The notes beneath the pieces were generated by a model. It did no database searches and was not told the origin of the DNA. It was given only the letters and a program-made list of their open reading frames with translations. Positions 18,968 to 27,355 of a stretch of DNA of 64,000 nt are shown here, piece after piece. The stretch is from Elusimicrobiota bacterium (GTDB lineage: Bacteria > Elusimicrobiota > Elusimicrobia > F11), in the NCBI GenBank assembly GCA_044221725.1, contig JBGAON010000003.1:416001-480000 (forward strand), read 5' to 3'. The position numbers were made by a program, and so were the translations under genes. The stretch's first letter is position 1. Each line of letters starts with the position of its first letter.

Positions 18968-20020
18968 TCAATTATTTGAAAAAACCAAATTTGTATCCGT
19001 GGCATTCTTAAGATTGAATTTTTCTTGGCTGTCAGAAAAATTGATCATATTTGCGGCTATTTTTTTGAAATTCGGTGCCAGGTGTGAATATCTTGCTGTC
19101 ATCTTTATATCCGAATGGCCCATGAGTTTCATCAACGTAAATTGATCGACGCCTTTCATAGTCATATGGCTGGCATAGGAATGACGGAGTGTGTGGATAT
19201 CTGCTTCATTGATTCCAGATTTTTGAATTGCCGATGACCATTCCCGTTTCAGGTTCGTGGTGTCCAGAACTCTTCCGGTTGTTCCTTTAACTGACAATCG
19301 TTGAAGTAGATTCAAAACGGATTCGTTCATCGGAACCTCATAGGATTTGCCTGATTTTGTTTTCAACACATGGATTACCCCAGCCTTCGTATCAATGTCA
19401 TCCCATTGAAGGCCGATGAGGTTGGCTTTCCTCATGCCGGTATTGACGGCCATTACAATGAAATCACGAAGTCGTGGGGTCGAACAATCCATCAATGCAT
19501 AAATTTCGCTTTCGGTGAGGTAGCGCGTTCGCTGATTATCTTCTCGGAGTTTTTTTATTCGGCTGGTAGGATTGTCACGAATTTTCCCATCTACAACCGC
19601 CTGATTAAAAATGCTTCGCAGGCACGTTAAGGCGCGGTTGATGGTAGATTTTTTCTTGCCCGCGTTGATCATTTCCGATTTCCACTCTTCGATGTCTCTT
19701 TGCTTGATATAGCAGAGCGGTTTTCCGGTGAAATAACGTTTGAAATCTTTGATTCGATAAAACTCGTTTAGCCTGGGGTTGACCATGTCAACCGACGCAT
19801 AAAGGCGGTAATACTCGTCAGCATAGGTATCGAAAGGGGTTCGGTCGTTTTTTTGAAGCGGCAGGAATCCACCACTATTAAATTTGGCTTTTTCTTGGAT
19901 TTCAAAATTCTCGGCTTCTGCGTACGTTATGAATTTTTTCTTTACGCGTCGGCTTCCTAAATAAAAGTTGGCTTCCCACCTCTCGGCTTTTCGTTCACCC
20001 CGTTTAATTTTTTTGATCAT
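18968..20020 (-). CDS. int: Tyrosine recombinase/integrase
   Basis: TGMR, KTKSG, HTLRH, MGHSD, RYSH: complete catalytic R-K-H-R-H-Y set. Confidence 0.96.
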   Translation of the reverse strand: MIKKIKRGERKAERWEANFYLGSRRVKKKFITYAEAENFEIQEKAKFNSGGFLPLQKNDRTPFDTYADEYYRLYASVDMVNPRLNEFYRIKDFKRYFTGKPLCYIKQRDIEEWKSEMINAGKKKSTINRALTCLRSIFNQAVVDGKIRDNPTSRIKKLREDNQRTRYLTESEIYALMDCSTPRLRDFIVMAVNTGMRKANLIGLQWDDIDTKAGVIHVLKTKSGKSYEVPMNESVLNLLQRLSVKGTTGRVLDTTNLKREWSSAIQKSGINEADIHTLRHSYASHMTMKGVDQFTLMKLMGHSDIKMTARYSHLAPNFKKIAANMINFSDSQEKFNLKNATDTNLVFSNN

Positions 20021-20026
20021 GCGGCA

Positions 20027-20263
20027 TCATCTCCATTCGTCTCCATTTCTATTTTGGTACGACCAAGGTGATTTTACGGCTTCATCAACCGATGCGGCAA
20101 TTTTTTTATCAACCCACTTGTCTAACTCGATGCGGTCAAAACGAACGGCCCTGCCGACTTTGACAGTTGGAATCGTTCCTCTTCTGGCCAATTCGTAAAT
20201 GGTTTCCTCATGTAAATTCAGGTATTTAGCCGCCTCCTCGGCTTTTAGTAAACGGGGTTCCAT
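20027..20263 (-). CDS. Excisionase-like HTH protein (HTH_17)
   Basis: LLKAEEAAKYLNLHEETIYELARRGTIPTVKVGRAVRF; ATG at 20263; adjacent to int. Confidence 0.88.
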   Translation of the reverse strand: MEPRLLKAEEAAKYLNLHEETIYELARRGTIPTVKVGRAVRFDRIELDKWVDKKIAASVDEAVKSPWSYQNRNGDEWR

Positions 20264-20306
20264 GTTTATTCTGGCCCTAACCAAATGTATGCCCATTTGG
20301 AGAAAC

Positions 20307-20960
20307 TCATCGGGCCAACCGCCGAACTGCTTCAATAAATCCCAACCCCTCGACATCTGACATCCAACGGATTGCATCGCAATGTGCGCCACAAGAAAAA
20401 CAAAATCCAAATCCGTTCTTGATCCACATCGAGGGGCGTTGGTCTGGATGAAACGGGCATACAATCCGGCCAGTCTTGTCTGGTTCAACCAAAGTAGCAA
20501 GGTCAACAGTGCGGGCACGTTCAATATCGCTGTCGTTGATTCGTCCTGTTGTTTCTGTTTTTGGAAAGGTGAGGAGAATATTGCCGCGATATTTTTTTCT
20601 CAATTTTTCCAACTGATCAACGTTGGAAAGAGTGAGAGATACGAACCTGTCCGCATACGGTTCATCTCTCTCATAGCTTTCGTTATAGGAGTTGTAGGCC
20701 TCGGCAATGCGCTTGGATAGGATAGAAACGCGCTCTTCGTCGCTATCGGCGAAAGCGATTTCGTGGCCGCCTTGAAGTTTAAGAGTGGCTTCCCATTTTT
20801 TGATTTCGGAGTCAGGGTCATAGTCCATAAGTTCGTTGTCGAGCTTTTCCAAGTATTCGACTTCGTCAGGAGCAAAACCGGCTTCTATTCAATCGCGGAG
20901 CCAGCCCGTTTTTTTGCGAATGAACATATAGAAGTCAAGGAAGGCCCGTTCGTCGATCAC
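20307..20960 (-). pseudogene. CHC2 zinc-finger (primase zinc-binding-like) protein with an in-frame TGA at 20889-20891
   Basis: GTG at 20960 overlaps the helicase stop; frame reads IDERAFLDFYMFIRKKTGWLRD*IEAGFAPDEVEYLEK..CPFHPDQRPS..FCFSC. Confidence 0.65.
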
Positions 20961-21850
20961 AAAAAAGCCTCTTCGAGCCAATGGCCTTGTTTTTGGTAGG
21001 CGATTTTCCTTCGGTAGACTCCGGAGCGTCTCGCCTTTTCGATTTTGACGAAAGCGCGACCTTCGGTGTAGGAACGTTCGTAGCCTTTGATGTCGGCGTT
21101 AGCTTTGAGGACAGAGGGTAACGGATCGGGTTCTCTGTAAACGACGAACACCATGTCGGCTTCTTGAGCGATGAAGGAGGAGTCGCGAATGTTTTCCAAG
21201 GAGGGCTCGCCTTCTTTTTTCTGGCCTTGGTGAGCGAGGATAAAGACCAAGAGGTTCATATCGACCGCGATTTCTCGTTTGAATTTGCGCATGACCGCGC
21301 CGATGTTTAAGGACATGTTATGCTGGGTCTGCATATCGACCAGGAAGTGAAGGTGGTCGACAATGACCGCCGAGATATTGTGCTTGAGCTTGGCTTCCAG
21401 GCAGCGGGCCTTGATCCACTCGAACTGCCCAGCGACAAGGATATAAGGCACAAAGAGGCCGAGCCGATCTTTGTCTTGGGCGGTGACATATTTGTCGATC
21501 ATTTTGAGCGTAGGGACTTCGTAAGAAAACCAGGCGATGGCTTGTTTCTGGTGGCGCATGAGGCGCATGCCGATGGTGTCTGCGCAAAGCGTCTTGCCGT
21601 TGCCGGTGGGGCCGGTGATGACGACCACCTCACCTGTTTGAAAGCCTTCTACCAGAGCGTCGAGTTGAGTGAGGCCGGTGTGGAAGGTTTTGATTTTTTC
21701 GTCTTGTTTGAAGTGGTCTTGGTGATAGTCCAAAAAGTGAACCATCCGGTCAGAGCCAGCGTAGTTAGTCGCTTTGGCCTCTTCTTCGGCTCGCCTCTTC
21801 CCGTTTAGTTCTTCTTGGATTTGTTCGCTTCCTGCGCCGTGCGTTTCCAT
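20957..21850 (-). CDS. DnaB-like (SF4) helicase, RecA-fold domain only
   Basis: TGLTQLD, GPTGNGKT Walker A, VIVDHLH Walker B, IRDSSFIAQEADMV, KARR. Confidence 0.9.
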   Translation of the reverse strand: METHGAGSEQIQEELNGKRRAEEEAKATNYAGSDRMVHFLDYHQDHFKQDEKIKTFHTGLTQLDALVEGFQTGEVVVITGPTGNGKTLCADTIGMRLMRHQKQAIAWFSYEVPTLKMIDKYVTAQDKDRLGLFVPYILVAGQFEWIKARCLEAKLKHNISAVIVDHLHFLVDMQTQHNMSLNIGAVMRKFKREIAVDMNLLVFILAHQGQKKEGEPSLENIRDSSFIAQEADMVFVVYREPDPLPSVLKANADIKGYERSYTEGRAFVKIEKARRSGVYRRKIAYQKQGHWLEEAFL

Positions 21851-22527
21851 GAATCCTCCTCCTGTTCCGTGGGTTGCTTTGACATCTCATCATTCCAGCG
21901 TTCCTGGTTGAGCCAAGTGGCAGGGTTGGGTATGAACTGACCATCATCTTTTTTCCATTGGATAGATTGGCTTTGGATGCGAATGGCTTCCAAGATGATT
22001 TGCAGGAGAGTTCCATCCGGCTTGAGCTTATCCCAGGATTTTTTTGCCAATTTCTTGCCAGATTTTTTTGGATAGGAGTTCCAAAATAACAAGAATTCTT
22101 TTTCTGCTTGGATGGGATCGGTTTTGATCGGTTTGGATGGGTTCGGTTTGGTTCCATCCGTTTTACATGTGTCTGACACTAAACTTTCATCTGTATTTTT
22201 TCGTTTCCTGTTTTTATTGTATTTGCGTTGGTAAATAAGATAGCTGGCGTATTCTTTCCAATCATGGACTATATACTCATCGAGCCATCCAGATTCTTGA
22301 AGAGCTTTAATCAACGCTTGGGGGGCACCAGCCCATTTGGCTCCCTTGGCGATTGCGGCGTCACCAAATTTTTTCAAATCCCCATCTTGCCAAGCGTATT
22401 TCAGGGTAAAGTGCCAAAGGCAATGGAGGTGCCCGACGGCCTCAATTTGGCTGATTCCCAAACTATCCATGAGCTTGAATAGCTTCGGGTGTTCTGACAT
22501 TTCGTCGTGTGATTCAATCCATGCCAT
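21805..22527 (-). CDS. Phage-type replication initiator protein
   Basis: N-terminal MAWIESH..HPK..AVGHLHCLW..IVHDWKEY, Pro/Lys-rich linker, C-terminal FLLFWNSYPKKSGKK..FIPNPATWLNQERW. Confidence 0.8.
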   Translation of the reverse strand: MAWIESHDEMSEHPKLFKLMDSLGISQIEAVGHLHCLWHFTLKYAWQDGDLKKFGDAAIAKGAKWAGAPQALIKALQESGWLDEYIVHDWKEYASYLIYQRKYNKNRKRKNTDESLVSDTCKTDGTKPNPSKPIKTDPIQAEKEFLLFWNSYPKKSGKKLAKKSWDKLKPDGTLLQIILEAIRIQSQSIQWKKDDGQFIPNPATWLNQERWNDEMSKQPTEQEEDSWKRTAQEANKSKKN

Positions 22528-22629
22528 TGGAGTGATCTCGATAGCTCTGCAGAATCTGGTATACGCGGGAGTTTGATGGTGGTGGAATGTGGCCATTTTC
22601 CCTTGTGGACGGTTTTATGGTGGCCGCAC

Positions 22630-22902
22630 TCATCGGACTTCCTCTGCGGAGTGTCTATGGCCGTTACGCTCCGCTTCAAAGAGGACATCTTTGGTATGCC
22701 GTAATGAATCCGCATACAGACGAGCATTGATTGTCACTCTGCCTGCGACAAAATCCATGGCCAATCGCTCTGCACGTTTCTGCGGTGTAAAAAGAAAATA
22801 AAGTGATCGAGGGTTTTCTCCGGAAAGTCCGTGAAATTGAATTTCTGGGCAGGTAAACAAAAGAGCGGCTGTGGGCAAATCTCTTGTCTGAAAATAACTC
22901 AT
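22630..22902 (-). CDS. DUF5659-like small protein
   Basis: FQTRDLPTAALL..LYFLF..F.AG...NAR.Y...LR..KD.LF pattern. Confidence 0.6.
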   Translation of the reverse strand: MSYFQTRDLPTAALLFTCPEIQFHGLSGENPRSLYFLFTPQKRAERLAMDFVAGRVTINARLYADSLRHTKDVLFEAERNGHRHSAEEVR

Positions 22903-23022
22903 ACTTCATCTCCTCATTGCATCCATTTTTAAAGTTAGGAGATGGTATCCAGGGTCAAAAGGCGTTCCTATCCCTGTGTCTTATTGACACTTAAGGCGAA
23001 GGGATGATTTTGGATGGATTTG

Positions 23023-23709
23023 CTATTCGAGAATAGGCTTCTGTATGGTCAGTAGAAAATAAGCAAAACTTAGACGAGCATTGATGTATTGCTCGAATAA
23101 ATTCTCTGGTGGAGTTTGGCCAAGCATCTTTCTATAAACCGACCTCGACATCTTATTCTTAGAAGGAATATATTCGTCTTGCATTGACGATTCAAAAGCT
23201 GTGACAAATCTTTTGGCTCTTTTCATCATGCTTGCATGAATTCTCTTCAAAACCTGATATTTGTCCCCGCCTTCCAGGCCACCATCTTTTGCTTTGTTTT
23301 TGGCAAGGCGATACAGCTCGTTCTCTGCCCAAGCAATAGAAAGCGCATAGTCCTCTTCGATAGTTTTAATGGACAAAGGTGTTGGTGGTTTTACTCTTTT
23401 TTTTCTGAGATTTTTTTGGGGTGAGGTCAATAGGGGTAAGGTTAGGGTTCCTCTTTTATTTAATCTATGAATTAGATCGCGGTGGAAAAATGCATCGCCT
23501 TTACCGTCAAATAAAATAAATTTATTTTGGTTTTTTACAACCAATGATTTGAAATCGTCACTTTTCAGATAATCATCCATGACAGGCATTCGGTGCCGAT
23601 ATTGAAAAACAATATCCCACAACAAAGATTTATAGGGATCATTGATGTTGTCTCGAAGTGGCTGCTTCGGTAATAATTTAAGAAGTATTTCTTCACTTTT
23701 TTTCTTCAT
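23023..23709 (-). CDS. Hypothetical protein
   Basis: 228-aa ORF with GGAG-type RBS, co-oriented with element genes. Confidence 0.65.
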   Translation of the reverse strand: MKKKSEEILLKLLPKQPLRDNINDPYKSLLWDIVFQYRHRMPVMDDYLKSDDFKSLVVKNQNKFILFDGKGDAFFHRDLIHRLNKRGTLTLPLLTSPQKNLRKKRVKPPTPLSIKTIEEDYALSIAWAENELYRLAKNKAKDGGLEGGDKYQVLKRIHASMMKRAKRFVTAFESSMQDEYIPSKNKMSRSVYRKMLGQTPPENLFEQYINARLSFAYFLLTIQKPILE

Positions 23710-23776
23710 CCCATCTCCATCTCAAAACAAAGGCTGCTACCCTTATGTCATTAAAAATTTCCAAACGAACCCAATT

Positions 23777-24445
23777 TTAAGGACTTGTCACCTGTTCGCT
23801 GGTGTGTAGCGCCAAGTCCATAACTACGGGTGCTGGTACTGCATCTCCTTTCCGCAACCGTTGTAATCGTTCCAGCTCGTGAATGGCACGAAAAAGTTGT
23901 CGTTCCACAGTGGTGGAATATCTGTTCAGGCGATCAATGGAGTCGCTCGATGCCAATGATGCCGCTGCTTCGATGATTTCTTGTTCTCGTCGTTCGATTG
24001 GCGCGAAATGTTTCTGAACTGTCCACCAATCTGCTTCCATGGGGGAGGTGTCGCGGTCTTTTTCATAACACTCGGCGCAAAGTGTTTCGGGCTCAAATTC
24101 CTTGCTGACCGATTTGTATCGTTTATTTTCTGCGTCGATTAGATGCATGAAACTTAAATTTTCAATGCGTTGAACCCTTTTTGACTTCCAATAGAGAATA
24201 GCGATTCGTTCCACAAGCATCTCTTCCAAAACCCCGACTGGTTTCAAATCCGTGTGGAGTTGAGACAACATAAAATCGAACTCGGCTTTGTTTTCTTTGC
24301 CAAGAGCGCCTTCAATAACAGCTTCCTTTGAAAGGAGTCCGTGCTGTATGGCGTTCCAACGTGATTTCGCCTTGCCATCTTGTGTGCGAACACCACCAAG
24401 TTGCCCATTCTGCCTGTTGGCTACGATTTGTCTTTGTGAAGCCAT
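23777..24445 (-). CDS. Conserved hypothetical protein (SxxQIxANRxN..NAxxHGL family)
   Basis: MASQRQIVANRQN..GKAKSRWNAIQHGLL..RLNRYSTTVERQLFRAIHELERLQ; AGGAGA RBS. Confidence 0.75.
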   Translation of the reverse strand: MASQRQIVANRQNGQLGGVRTQDGKAKSRWNAIQHGLLSKEAVIEGALGKENKAEFDFMLSQLHTDLKPVGVLEEMLVERIAILYWKSKRVQRIENLSFMHLIDAENKRYKSVSKEFEPETLCAECYEKDRDTSPMEADWWTVQKHFAPIERREQEIIEAAASLASSDSIDRLNRYSTTVERQLFRAIHELERLQRLRKGDAVPAPVVMDLALHTSEQVTSP

Positions 24446-24475
24446 GTTTCTCCTTGCCTGGCTAAAAAAGGGATG

Positions 24476-25138
24476 TTAAATCGCCACCTTGTTACGCATT
24501 GTGTTCTCCAATGAAATTCTTGTCGCTTTTGGCTGGGGATTTTTCGCCACCCCCAGAAGATTTCTTACGGTGTCCTTTGAAATACCCAGCATTCGGCCAA
24601 TAGCGCGGTGGCTTTGCCCGTCAGAAATCAATTTTACGATCTTTTCTCGATCCACGGGCAGTTTGGGGCGACCAAGCACTTTTCCGGCCTTCCTGGCCTT
24701 GTTTAAGCCCAATAGAACCCGTTCTCGTATCAACTCACGTTCAAATTCAGCAAGCGACGCAAAAATTCCAAACATGAGCCGGCCGTTTGCGGTGGTTGTA
24801 TCCACGCCCTCTCGCAACGAGATGAATGCCACATTCCAAGTGTGAAATTTGTCCAGTGCCTCCACCAGTTGGCGCATAGAACGGGCGAACCGTGAAAAAT
24901 CCCAAACCAATACGCCATCAATTTTTCTTTTGCGGGCGGCATCCAGCAAAGCATTTAGTGCTGGACGCTTGTTCTCATCCAACGATCCGCTCAATCCTTT
25001 ATCCACAAATTCTATTGCCTGCCACGCCCGTGCCTCACTGAAACGCCGTAATTCAATCAACTGGTTTTCACAATCTTGTTGATTGGTACTGACGCGTGCG
25101 TAAATACCAACTTTCCTCATCTCCATTTTAATTTCCAT
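24476..25138 (-). CDS. Serine recombinase (resolvase/invertase)
   Basis: IYARVST catalytic Ser, RPALNALL, SRFARS, AEFERELIRER, C-terminal HTH. Confidence 0.93.
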   Translation of the reverse strand: MEIKMEMRKVGIYARVSTNQQDCENQLIELRRFSEARAWQAIEFVDKGLSGSLDENKRPALNALLDAARKRKIDGVLVWDFSRFARSMRQLVEALDKFHTWNVAFISLREGVDTTTANGRLMFGIFASLAEFERELIRERVLLGLNKARKAGKVLGRPKLPVDREKIVKLISDGQSHRAIGRMLGISKDTVRNLLGVAKNPQPKATRISLENTMRNKVAI

Positions 25139-25144
25139 CCTTTC

Positions 25145-25165
25145 TGCATATCGGTCAGATATGCA
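25145..25165. promoter_or_regulatory. Perfect 8-bp inverted repeat upstream of the resolvase (res subsite or operator)
   Basis: TGCATATC-ggtca-GATATGCA. Confidence 0.45.
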
Positions 25166-25185
25166 AATTAAGCCAAAAAAAGGGG

Positions 25186-25353
25186 TTACTTCTTTTCGTC
25201 ATCTACAAAGTAGCGAGCTAACAAATATCGAAAAAGCTCGGCCTTATCCATGTGTCGTTTGCGCGCTTCTTCTGAAAATTCATCATACTCTGATTCAGAA
25301 ACTCGGAATATGAGAGTTTTACTTCGGGATTCTTTTTTGGTTTTAGTGGGCAT
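25186..25353 (-). CDS. Ribbon-helix-helix (CopG/MobC-like) protein, 55 aa, absent from the ORF track
   Basis: MPTKTKKESRSKTLIFRVSESEYDEFSEEARKRHMDKAELFRYLLARYFVDDEKK*. Confidence 0.75.
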   Translation of the reverse strand: MPTKTKKESRSKTLIFRVSESEYDEFSEEARKRHMDKAELFRYLLARYFVDDEKK

Positions 25354-25410
25354 GTGATAAGTATATCACTTAGATATACATTCAATGGTGGGCTCTATCT
25401 TAGATGCGGT

Positions 25411-25794
25411 CTATTTACAGATTGTTTCCAGGTTGATGTAGGCTGATTTATGACGAAAGGTTAAAGTGTTTTCTCCATTGTCCATTTTAATGCCGGTTCT
25501 ATCAGACTGAAAAAAGGTTTGTTCCATGTCGGGTTTATAAGCACATGAAATCATGGTGCCAATTTTTTTATCAAAAAACGCCAAAGTGCAGCTGTAATCT
25601 TGCCCAGGCAAATCAAAATGCTTCCTTTGACCCGCGCCGCCCTCCTTAAAAGTGAATTTCTCATTCAAGGTGTATACAGTACCTTTGTTGATGTCATTGA
25701 TTCTTATTTCACAACTTGCAGTTTCAGCCCAACTAGCGCCTGAATAGATAGCGGGTATTCCTACCAATAAAGATAAAGCCATAAATTTTTTCAT
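25411..25794 (-). CDS. Secreted hypothetical protein
   Basis: AGGAGG RBS, MKKFMALSLLVGIPAIYSGASWA signal peptide, 4 Cys. Confidence 0.7.
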   Translation of the reverse strand: MKKFMALSLLVGIPAIYSGASWAETASCEIRINDINKGTVYTLNEKFTFKEGGAGQRKHFDLPGQDYSCTLAFFDKKIGTMISCAYKPDMEQTFFQSDRTGIKMDNGENTLTFRHKSAYINLETICK

Positions 25795-25869
25795 GAGGCC
25801 TCCTTGAACGTGATTTTGAGGGCAATTAGCGTTCATGTACCAGGTTATCCCAAAAGCCCTCATTTTCAA

Positions 25870-25901
25870 TATCCCATTTTGGGATATCCCAAAGTCGGAT
25901 A
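25870..25901. promoter_or_regulatory. Two overlapping palindromic operators at a 15-bp period upstream of the XRE gene
   Basis: TATCCCA-ttt-TGGGATA (25870-25886), TATCCCA-aag-TCGGATA (25885-25901); extra half-site at 25846. Confidence 0.65.
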
Positions 25902-25920
25902 GTAGCCTGCCTTTTAGGTT

Positions 25921-26142
25921 ATGGCTAAATCGGTATTTACAAAAGACTACGGGGTGTTTCTTGAGCGGCTTCGGAAGGCACGAATTGACGCTGGTTTAAC
26001 GCAGGTTGACGTGGCAAAGAGGCTCAAAAAGCCTCAATCCTTCGTGAGCAAAGCTGAATCGGGTGAGCGTCGAATTGACGTGGTGGAATTAAAAATTTTC
26101 GCAAAACTGTATAGGCGGACAGTGCCCTACTTCGTAGATTAA
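25921..26142 (+). CDS. XRE-family HTH regulator
   Basis: RLRKARIDAGLTQVDVAKRLKKPQSFVSKAESGERRIDVVEL. Confidence 0.9.
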   Translation: MAKSVFTKDYGVFLERLRKARIDAGLTQVDVAKRLKKPQSFVSKAESGERRIDVVELKIFAKLYRRTVPYFVD

Positions 26143-26216
26143 AGTATAAAAATCCTTTTACACTGGATTTTCACCGACTAACCTGCATAATTACCTTATC
26201 CGATAAAAGGATAATT

Positions 26217-26777
26217 ATGGGAACCCTTTGCAAATCTCTTTCTTGTGTTCTCGGTCTATTGTTAAGCGGCTGTGCACCGTTGTGGCAGTATTCCTGGAAT
26301 ACACCTAAATCCCCCATCAATACAGCGCTTGTTCAACTGCTCGAATCAACAGATAAACAAATCACTGTGGCCCCAATCGTCACATCGGTTGAAACCACGT
26401 TTTCGGCCTATACTTTCGCACAGCAAGGAGTGGACCAGCAACAATGGAAGTCAGCTATAAGAAGTGAACTTCTGACAATGGCCGAATCAGAACTTTTCCG
26501 AACAGTGGGGCAGTACAAGAATTTTAAGGTTGTGGACAGAACAACAATCGACAGGGTCATGGCTGACCTCAAACTTTCTATGGCAGTGTCCAATGACGAA
26601 AGGCTTAATGTCGGAAAAACTTTGGGGGCTACCCATCTTGTTTTTTGCGAATTGATGCGTACTCCAAATCCCAATCCGTGGAACGGTCGAAAAATTGTTG
26701 ACACGATTACCGCCCGCTTAATTGATGTTCCTACCGGCACTGTCCTCGCCTCACAAATCATGACGAAATACCAATGA
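26217..26777 (+). CDS. Lipoprotein, CsgG/LpoB-like fold
   Basis: Lipobox LLLSGC; FKVVDRTTIDRVMADL..VGKTLGATHL..ARLIDVPTGTVLAS. Confidence 0.7.
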   Translation: MGTLCKSLSCVLGLLLSGCAPLWQYSWNTPKSPINTALVQLLESTDKQITVAPIVTSVETTFSAYTFAQQGVDQQQWKSAIRSELLTMAESELFRTVGQYKNFKVVDRTTIDRVMADLKLSMAVSNDERLNVGKTLGATHLVFCELMRTPNPNPWNGRKIVDTITARLIDVPTGTVLASQIMTKYQ

Positions 26778-27235
26778 AGATATCCATAGACCCATTGGTC
26801 GGGATTGGGACTTTGTTGATTGGTATTAGTAGTTGCATCGCCGTCAAGGATGGGAAGGAATTGATACGGGAGATTTTGGAAATCAAGGGAATGGCAACAG
26901 ATATAAATCGAGGCGTAAAGAAAATAGATGAAGCGGTAATGCTCATGCAGAGCCAGATAAAAACTGTTCAGCTTGCTTTGGTTGCCGATTCCAAAGCACT
27001 CAAAGATGAAAAAATTACGAAGAAAGATGTGCAGGATGTGTTAAGTTTTTTCCCGACCAACGTTTCAGGGGACGTTCACTATCCGGTTTACATTCCTCCC
27101 AAAGATCGTGAAAAAATTGCGGATGCCCTCTTCAAGGCAGACGATCCTCAAACAAGGAAAGCAATTCTTTACAACGCCATCCAAGTAAGCCCCATTGATT
27201 GGCAGTATCCAGCGCAACCGCATAAACAACCTTGA
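26774..27235 (+). CDS. Hypothetical protein with an N-terminal membrane anchor
   Basis: ATGA overlap with the upstream gene; hydrophobic N-terminus. Confidence 0.6.
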   Translation: MKISIDPLVGIGTLLIGISSCIAVKDGKELIREILEIKGMATDINRGVKKIDEAVMLMQSQIKTVQLALVADSKALKDEKITKKDVQDVLSFFPTNVSGDVHYPVYIPPKDREKIADALFKADDPQTRKAILYNAIQVSPIDWQYPAQPHKQP

Positions 27236-27242
27236 AGGATTC

Positions 27243-27264
27243 TATCGGTACCATATCGGTACCA
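27243..27264. repeat. Perfect tandem 11-bp repeat pair, putative integrase arm-type sites
   Basis: TATCGGTACCA x2 then GTGA, about 90 bp inside the tRNA-side att. Confidence 0.72.
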
Positions 27265-27355
27265 GTGACCGGCTGGAAGTGACTGTCAGGGACTGTCTCG
27301 AAACGGCCTTTTTCTTGAAATTCCTACTTAAAACGAATCTATTGCTTAAAAAATT

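Noticed and set aside
20889..20891. TGA reassignment (genetic code 4 or 25) in the element
   Set aside because: int, the helicase and the zinc-ribbon gene all end at TGA, one with GTGA start coupling, so TGA works as stop
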